Shown here one piece after another: positions 29,625-35,672 of a DNA stretch of 35,672 nucleotides. Origin of the DNA: Desulfobacterales bacterium (lineage in GTDB: Bacteria > Desulfobacterota > Desulfobacteria > Desulfobacterales > JAFDMD01); contig JAOZTP010000003.1 of NCBI GenBank assembly GCA_029939135.1, forward strand, positions 1-35,672. The letters are read 5' to 3'. The notes under the pieces are model-generated. The model was not told where the DNA came from and made no database searches. It saw nothing but the letters and a program-made list of their open reading frames with translations. Position 1 is the first letter of the stretch, and each line of letters opens with the position of its first letter. The position numbers and the translations under genes were made by a program.

Positions 29625-30257
29625 ATGAGCGAAACTCAGAAAGTTTCCGCCTCCGATAATAAAAAAAAAGATGCGGGCGGTACTACAATTTTGTTTTTTT
29701 TGATAGGCGTTGCAATAAGCCTTGCCCTCGGATGGATCATATTTCCGAAACTCCTTTACTCTAAAAAAAGTCAGCCTATAGATTTTAGCCATGTCGTGCA
29801 TAGCGAGGCTGTGGGCGATTGCGACAGTTGTCATTTTTTTCGAGAAGACGGAACATTTTCGGGTGCTCCTACGCTTGCCGAATGTATAGATTGTCATGAA
29901 GAGGCGCAAGGGGATACCGAAGATGAAAGAATATTTGTAGAGGAGTATGTCGCTCAGAACAAAGAGGTTCCATGGCTTATATATTCGGAACAGCCGGACT
30001 CCGTTTTCTTTTCTCATGCCGCTCATGTTAAAAAAGCGAAAATGTCTTGCGAAAGCTGCCATGGCGAAATTGGAACATCCGACGCCTTGCCGATTTACGA
30101 GGAAAATAGAATTACGGGTTACAGTCGTAATATATGGGGCAAAAATATAGCCGGAATTAAAAAGCATACATGGGACCGTATGAAAATGAACGACTGCGGC
30201 GAGTGTCATGAAGAAGAGATCGGCGATAAAGGCTCCTGTTTTCAGTGTCATAAATAG
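29625..30257 (+). CDS. qrcA: Quinone reductase complex multiheme cytochrome c subunit
   Basis: N-terminal TM anchor, QPIDFSH, and five CxxCH motifs (CDSCH, CIDCH, CESCH, CGECH, CFQCH). First gene of a qrcABCD-type cluster. Confidence 0.92.
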   Translation: MSETQKVSASDNKKKDAGGTTILFFLIGVAISLALGWIIFPKLLYSKKSQPIDFSHVVHSEAVGDCDSCHFFREDGTFSGAPTLAECIDCHEEAQGDTEDERIFVEEYVAQNKEVPWLIYSEQPDSVFFSHAAHVKKAKMSCESCHGEIGTSDALPIYEENRITGYSRNIWGKNIAGIKKHTWDRMKMNDCGECHEEEIGDKGSCFQCHK

Positions 30258-30300
30258 GTTATAGTATTTGACTTGAAAGTTATACGCGAGGAAGATTTTT

Positions 30301-32508
30301 ATGAAGATAGACAGACGAAGTTTTTTATCGCTTGGAGCGGGCGCAACCGCGGGGCTTGCATTTTCGCCGCTTCCTTGGAAATTAATGGACGATTCGTCAA
30401 TATGGACGCAGAATTGGCCTTGGGTTCCGGTTCCTACGGACGGAGAGGCGAGTTATGTAGATACGGTATGCTCCCTTTGTCCGGGAGGCTGTGGAATTAC
30501 CATAAGAAAGATAGACGATAGAGTAGTTAAGGCGGAAAAGAAAGATAGCGATAACGCTAACTCTGGCATTTGCATTTTGGGGCTTTCATCTCCTCAACTT
30601 CTTTACAGTCCTTCCCGTATAAAAACTCCTTTAAAAAAGATTGAAGGCAAATGGGTTAAAATAAGCGTAAAAGAGGCGGTTGCCGAAATTGCGGAAAAGC
30701 TTAAAGATTTACGAAAAGACAAATTGTCTCATACTTTGGCTTGCATTTCTGGCTCCTCTTCGGGAACGGTTCCGGCTCTTTTTGAAAGATTTCTTAAAGC
30801 TTACGGATCGCCTAATTTTATAACGGTTCCTTCGGTTAAAGATGTTTATAAGCTTGTTTTTTCTTTGTCTCTCGGTTCGCCTTATGTTCCCGTATTTGAT
30901 ATTGCAAACTCCGATTTTGTAGTAAGTTTCGGGACCGGACTTTTAGACGGATGGGGAAATCCGGCTCAAGCATTTAAAGCCCATAGTATTTTAAAGGATA
31001 ATAAGAAAAAATTAATTCAGATAGAGGCGCGTCTTTCCAATACCGCCGCAAAAGCGGATAAATGGATACCTATAAAGCCGGGCACCGAAGGGGTTTTGGC
31101 GTTGGGCATGGCGAATATAATAATTGAAAAACGGCTTTATCTTAATAAAAATATTTTATTCGATAGCGTTACCGAGGGTTTTGAAGAATTTAAAGCCCTT
31201 GTAGCAAAAGATTATTCGGTTAAAGCGGTCGCCGAAATAACAGGCGTAAAACAGGAAGATATAACCGCTTTGGTGGAAGATTTTATGAAGGCTCAAAGCC
31301 CTGTCGCATTATTCGGCAGAGGCGAAGGCACTATACCAGGAAGCCTGCATGAAATGATGGCGGTAAACTTTTTAAATGCGCTTGCAGGCAACTTTAATAA
31401 AGCAGGAGGCGTTCATCTTCTTTCGGATAATAGCTATATTAATTGGACAGAGCCTATTTTAGACGATACGGCTTATTATGGCATAAACAAAAAAAGATTA
31501 GACGGCGCCGGAGACGGAAAATACTTTTTGGCAAAACATCTTTTAAATCGCCTGCCGGAAGTTCTTAATTCTTCCGAAACCTCTCCGATAAACATGCTTT
31601 TTGTAACGGATTCAAATCCGTTTTATACTATGGCGGATACAAAACTTGTTCGGGAGGCATTCGAGAAAATACCGTTTATAGTATCCTTTTCATCTTATAT
31701 GGACGAAACCGCATCTATGGCGGATATTATTTTGCCAAATCATTTCTTTTTGGAACGTTATCAAGACGTAGTCGCTACATGCGGGCTTAAACCTGCGGTA
31801 GGGCTATCCAAACCTGTAGTTAATCCTATTTTTGACACAATTCATTCTGGAGACGCCGTAATATTTATTGCAAAGGCTTTGGGCGGAACCATAGCCGAGT
31901 CTTTTGCTTGGGATGATTACAAGGCTTGTCTTGACGAAACGTTAGAGGCAAAAAAAGATATTATGGATAAAGAGCTTTTCTGGGTAGACGAAAGCGGAGT
32001 TTTTAACGCTTTTGCCGACGCCGAAAGCTCCGGAAAGTTTGAATTTATAAACGATAAAATCAGACAAACAAAGCCTTATACCTTTGTTGAAGCCGAAGGG
32101 GAAAAGAAGCAATATCCTCTTACCCTTATCCGATTCGATTCAATGAGAATCGCATCCGGTTACACGGCTAATTCCCCTTTTATGACAAAAACGGTAGCCG
32201 ATACAGTCATTAAAGAGAATGATATTTTTGTAGAGATTAATCCGAAAACGGCGGCGGAATATAATCTAACCGACGGAAGTAAGGCTCTTTTGACCACTCC
32301 CAAGGGAAAGGCTCAAGTTAGAGTTCATCTTTACGAAGGCATAATGCAGGGTATTATATCAATGCCGAGCGGACTTGGACATTCCGGCTATGATAACTAT
32401 TTGGCGGGTAAAGGTATAAATATTAATGAACTTATCGGGCAAATCGAAGATCCTGCATCCGGTTTTGATGCCGCATGGGGAATCCGAGCGGTATTGGTTC
32501 GTGTCTGA
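30301..32508 (+). CDS. qrcB: Quinone reductase complex molybdopterin-oxidoreductase-like subunit
   Basis: Tat motif DRRSFL, PWKLMDDSSIWTQNW, CSLCPGGC, and DMSO-reductase-family fold motifs. Confidence 0.92.
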   Translation: MKIDRRSFLSLGAGATAGLAFSPLPWKLMDDSSIWTQNWPWVPVPTDGEASYVDTVCSLCPGGCGITIRKIDDRVVKAEKKDSDNANSGICILGLSSPQLLYSPSRIKTPLKKIEGKWVKISVKEAVAEIAEKLKDLRKDKLSHTLACISGSSSGTVPALFERFLKAYGSPNFITVPSVKDVYKLVFSLSLGSPYVPVFDIANSDFVVSFGTGLLDGWGNPAQAFKAHSILKDNKKKLIQIEARLSNTAAKADKWIPIKPGTEGVLALGMANIIIEKRLYLNKNILFDSVTEGFEEFKALVAKDYSVKAVAEITGVKQEDITALVEDFMKAQSPVALFGRGEGTIPGSLHEMMAVNFLNALAGNFNKAGGVHLLSDNSYINWTEPILDDTAYYGINKKRLDGAGDGKYFLAKHLLNRLPEVLNSSETSPINMLFVTDSNPFYTMADTKLVREAFEKIPFIVSFSSYMDETASMADIILPNHFFLERYQDVVATCGLKPAVGLSKPVVNPIFDTIHSGDAVIFIAKALGGTIAESFAWDDYKACLDETLEAKKDIMDKELFWVDESGVFNAFADAESSGKFEFINDKIRQTKPYTFVEAEGEKKQYPLTLIRFDSMRIASGYTANSPFMTKTVADTVIKENDIFVEINPKTAAEYNLTDGSKALLTTPKGKAQVRVHLYEGIMQGIISMPSGLGHSGYDNYLAGKGININELIGQIEDPASGFDAAWGIRAVLVRV

Positions 32509-32535
32509 AATATTATTTAATCTATTGAGGTAGTA

Positions 32536-33312
32536 ATGAGTAAAGGATCTAAACATAAAGATAAAAAATTCGGAATGGTCATTGATCTTGATAAATGCAC
32601 CGGTTGCGGCGCCTGTATGGTCGCCTGTATGTCCGAAAATAACGTGCCCTTTAAAGAGAATGAATCCAACAAATTAGATTCTATAACTTGGATGAGGGTT
32701 TATAAATTGGAAAACGGCAAATCTTTTCCTGATGCGGATATTTGCTTTTTACCGAGACCATGTATGCACTGCGAAGGGGATCACGGGCATGCCCCATGCG
32801 TTTCTGTCTGCCCCGCCATTGCTACCGATTATGATCATAAGACCGGAATTGTAAGCCAAATATATACAAGATGCTTTGGCTGCCGATATTGTATGGCGGC
32901 TTGTCCTTATCATGCTCGCTATTTTAATTGGTGGGATCCTGTATGGCCGGAAGGCATGGAAAAGTTGTTAAACCCGAATGTTTCTCCTCGTATGCGCGGA
33001 GTAGTTGAAAAATGTAGTTTCTGCCATCATAGGTATCAACTTGCGCTTGATAAGGCTTATGCGGACGGCAGAGATAAGATAGAAGAGGATGAATATCAGA
33101 CTGCATGCACTCAAGCCTGCCCCGCAAATGCAATAATTTTCGGAGACTTGGATAATAAAAAGCATGCAGTTTACAGCTTAAAAAAGAATCCTAATACTTT
33201 TAGGCTTCTTGAAAGACTCGGAACCAACCCGAAAGTATATTATCATTCAAGTAGAGAATGGGTTCGAAGAGCGGGCGATAATTATTTAAAACATGAAACT
33301 ACAAAGGCATAG
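32536..33312 (+). CDS. qrcC: Quinone reductase complex iron-sulfur subunit
   Basis: CTGCGACMVAC, CMHC..PCVSVCP, CFGCRYCMAACPY and KCSFC..ACTQACP motifs. Confidence 0.93.
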   Translation: MSKGSKHKDKKFGMVIDLDKCTGCGACMVACMSENNVPFKENESNKLDSITWMRVYKLENGKSFPDADICFLPRPCMHCEGDHGHAPCVSVCPAIATDYDHKTGIVSQIYTRCFGCRYCMAACPYHARYFNWWDPVWPEGMEKLLNPNVSPRMRGVVEKCSFCHHRYQLALDKAYADGRDKIEEDEYQTACTQACPANAIIFGDLDNKKHAVYSLKKNPNTFRLLERLGTNPKVYYHSSREWVRRAGDNYLKHETTKA

Positions 33313-33385
33313 CCGCTGCATTTTATAAATTAAATAAAGTAAAAATTTTATAATATATTATGAAAATATTAGGAGCATAAGGTCT

Positions 33386-34624
33386 ATGGATTCGGCATTA
33401 ATACCCAAAGGAGTTAAACGTTGTTCGTTAGGACGGTTTTCATTATGGATGATAGCGCTTACCGCCATTCTGTTGTGGGGCGTTATTGCCATGCTTTTAT
33501 GCTGGTTTAAAGGACTTAATCAGACTAATATGAATGATGCTTACGGTTTTGCATTATGGATATGGGCTGATTTGGCGGTTATTGCTTTGGGCGGCGGAGC
33601 TTTTTTTACAGGTTTTTTAAAATATATAGTCGGTAAAGACGAACTTAAAAATATTATCAATTATGCGGTTGTAATAGGGGTTGTCTGCTATGTTTCCGCT
33701 TTATTGATATTGGCTATAGACGTAGGGCAGCCTTTAAGAAGCTGGTTTATCTTTTGGCATGCAAATGTTCATTCTATGCTTACGGAAGTTGCTTTTTGTC
33801 TTTCCTGCTATCTTGTGGTTCTTATTATCGAGTTTTTGCCACTGTTATTTGAAAATCCCAAATTGGATAGAAAACCTTTTTTCCATCATTTAAGCCATAA
33901 CATGCATGAAATAATGGCTATATTTGCCGCTACCGGAGCCTTTTTATCTTTTTTCCATCAAGGTTCCTTGGGCGGAGTATCTGGCGTTCTTTTCGGACGC
34001 CCCTTTGCTTTTAGAGAAGGATTATTTATTTGGCCTTGGACATTCTTCCTATTTACTTGGTCTGCGGCGGCATGCGGTCCCTGTTTTACCATTTTAATTA
34101 CTCGCATAACCGAAAAAATAGCGAAGAAAAAGTTGGTAAAAGATAATGTTATAGATCTTCTTGCCAAAATATCCGGTTGGATGCTCGGTACATACATTAT
34201 AGCGAAAATATTCGACACATGGTATTGGGCGGCATATACTCTTCCGAAACAAGGATTTTCTTTAATCGATTTTTATTCCAATAATCCTTTTTACGGAATA
34301 TGGATATTAATTGTCGAAATATTCGTATGCGGCATTATTCCCGCCGTAATACTTATAAGCTCCAAAGGGCGCAAAAATAAGAGATTATTTATGACGGCAA
34401 TAATTCTTGCGGTTATCGGAGTTTGTATAAACAGATGGGTTATGGTGATGCAAACTATGGCGGCGCCGGTAATGACATTTGAAGACTGGTTTATGTATTA
34501 CCCAAGCTGGCAAGAGGTGGCGACTACAATTTTACCTGTTGCTTTTGGCGCTATTTTTATATCTTTTGCATACAGATATTTACCTATATTTCCACAGGAA
34601 AGCGAATTAAATCCAATAGATTAA
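33386..34624 (+). CDS. qrcD: Quinone reductase complex NrfD-family membrane subunit
   Basis: WIWADLAVIALGGGAFF, DVGQPLR, HSMLTEV and FFHQGSLGG motifs; about 10 TM segments. Confidence 0.93.
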   Translation: MDSALIPKGVKRCSLGRFSLWMIALTAILLWGVIAMLLCWFKGLNQTNMNDAYGFALWIWADLAVIALGGGAFFTGFLKYIVGKDELKNIINYAVVIGVVCYVSALLILAIDVGQPLRSWFIFWHANVHSMLTEVAFCLSCYLVVLIIEFLPLLFENPKLDRKPFFHHLSHNMHEIMAIFAATGAFLSFFHQGSLGGVSGVLFGRPFAFREGLFIWPWTFFLFTWSAAACGPCFTILITRITEKIAKKKLVKDNVIDLLAKISGWMLGTYIIAKIFDTWYWAAYTLPKQGFSLIDFYSNNPFYGIWILIVEIFVCGIIPAVILISSKGRKNKRLFMTAIILAVIGVCINRWVMVMQTMAAPVMTFEDWFMYYPSWQEVATTILPVAFGAIFISFAYRYLPIFPQESELNPID

Positions 34625-34649
34625 TCTTTTTTTAGAAGGGATAAACAAT

Positions 34650-34808
34650 ATGTTTCCATTTTGTTTTGAATGGGTTTGGGATATGTCTCATATAGTGTTC
34701 ATGGGCGGTTTATGGTATGCTTTGGGAATAGTCGGAGCGGGTTTAACATACTGCATTGTAAAAGCCGCAAAAGAATCGTCCGATAATCATAGCAATGGCG
34801 ATCATTAA
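34650..34808 (+). CDS. Small (52 aa) single-pass membrane protein directly after qrcD
   Basis: Manual translation: MFPFCFEWVWDMSHIVFMGGLWYALGIVGAGLTYCIVKAAKESSDNHSNGDH*. RBS gaaggga upstream; 25 nt after the qrcD stop; below the ORF-track size cutoff. Confidence 0.75.
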   Translation: MFPFCFEWVWDMSHIVFMGGLWYALGIVGAGLTYCIVKAAKESSDNHSNGDH

Positions 34809-34824
34809 AAATAAATTTTTTGTA

Positions 34825-34848
34825 TAGGATATAACCGGTTATATCCTA
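34825..34848. terminator. Perfect 24-bp palindrome at the end of the qrc cluster
   Basis: taggatataaccggttatatccta, 16 nt after the small ORF stop. Confidence 0.5.
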
Positions 34849-35039
34849 ATATTATTTATAATAATTCTTTTTCCATCTTCAAAGGCTTTGCTTCTCTTTT
34901 TACTTTCTTGAAAATTTTTTCTGCGTTCTTAACGGTTCCGATTTTTGCTTCTGATCCTTGTTTCTCAATTATTTTATAATATTTTTATAATAAAGGGCTT
35001 AAGCGTTTTTTAAAGGTGAACATATAATGGTTTTAAAGC

Positions 35040-35672
35040 ATGACTTTTAATATTTTAAATGGGAGATTATATAACGGCTTTTATATAGGAGATAGACAAA
35101 TAGTCGTTTGCCAGCTTGCAAAAAGCAGAAAAGGCTTTAGTCTTAAAAAAATTCTTTTTTTTGAAATAGAGCCGGAACTTATAGATAGAAAAGGAGTTAT
35201 AACGGAGCCGACGCGTTTGGCTTATCTGATAAAAAAAGGGTTTTCCGATAATAATTTCAAACCTAAAAAAGCGGCGTTAAGTTTGGGGGGATTTTTTGTA
35301 AGCTTTAAAAAAGTATTAATAGAAAACCCTTTGGATACTGATTTGAAAAAGCGGGTATTTGCGGAAGCGCAAAAGCATATTCCTTTTGATTTAAAAGAGG
35401 CTTATTTTGATTTTAATATGTTAGAAACAGGCGATAACAAAGGGAAAGCAAAAGAGGCTCTGATTGTTGCGGCAAAAAAGGATATTGTAGATTCTTATAT
35501 TCTGCTTTTAAAAAAAATATCGGTTGAGCCTACGGTTATAGACGTTGATATTTTTGCTTTATATAATGCTTATATATTAAATTACGGAATATCGGATAGA
35601 ATAATTCTTCTTATGGATATTAATTATAAAAGAACTCTTTTTATTATTATAAAAGGTAAATATCCTTTATGT
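35040..35672 (+). CDS. pilM: Type IV pilus assembly protein PilM-like (3'-truncated by the window edge)
   Basis: Manual translation is open to the end: MTFNILNGRLYNGFYIGDRQIVVCQL..EAQKHIPFDLKEAYFDF..ALIVAAKKDIVDSY..VIDVDIFALYNAY..LLMDINYKRT, matching the PilM actin-like pattern. Confidence 0.8.
   Translation, partial: MTFNILNGRLYNGFYIGDRQIVVCQLAKSRKGFSLKKILFFEIEPELIDRKGVITEPTRLAYLIKKGFSDNNFKPKKAALSLGGFFVSFKKVLIENPLDTDLKKRVFAEAQKHIPFDLKEAYFDFNMLETGDNKGKAKEALIVAAKKDIVDSYILLLKKISVEPTVIDVDIFALYNAYILNYGISDRIILLMDINYKRTLFIIIKGKYPLC

Noticed and set aside
46-34218. Numerous antisense or alternate-frame ORFs in the track (e.g. 21631-22458, 29607-30251, 14098-14682)
   Set aside because: They are shadows of well-supported genes on the other strand or frame and have no recognisable motifs.
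34857-34980. Minus-strand open stretch YKIIEKQGSEAKIGTVKNAEKIFKKVKREAKPLKMEKELL*
   Set aside because: It has no upstream start codon or RBS and no recognisable family; it could be a gene remnant but is unsupported.

Overview
AT-rich bacterial chromosome segment whose gene content (qrcABCD, icmF, etfBA, TRAP transporter) points to a sulfate-reducing Desulfobacterota, probably Desulfobacterales; this taxonomy is inferred. Order: 5'-truncated icmF; a Phd/YefM-VapC toxin-antitoxin pair; a frameshifted hypothetical gene; etfB-etfA-rimO; dut; minus-strand ygeY-family hydrolase and dctPQM; rel (RelA/SpoT) followed by a diverged duplicate of its own 3' end; a decayed DUF4160/DUF2442 pair; alkD-like gene and argJ; a stand-alone ~2590-aa secreted fibre-like protein; aroQ; a nitroreductase; tRNA-Leu(UAA); a frameshifted membrane protein; qrcABCD plus a small membrane ORF; and a 3'-truncated divergent pilM. 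The standout is the giant protein, which has a signal peptide, a pilin-like head, about 16 tandem ~100-aa repeats, an internal peptidase S74 chaperone and a Cys-containing tail, with no phage genes nearby. Two families of dispersed palindromic intergenic repeats and several decay or integration scars are also visible. All calls come from reading motifs by eye; no database searches were run.
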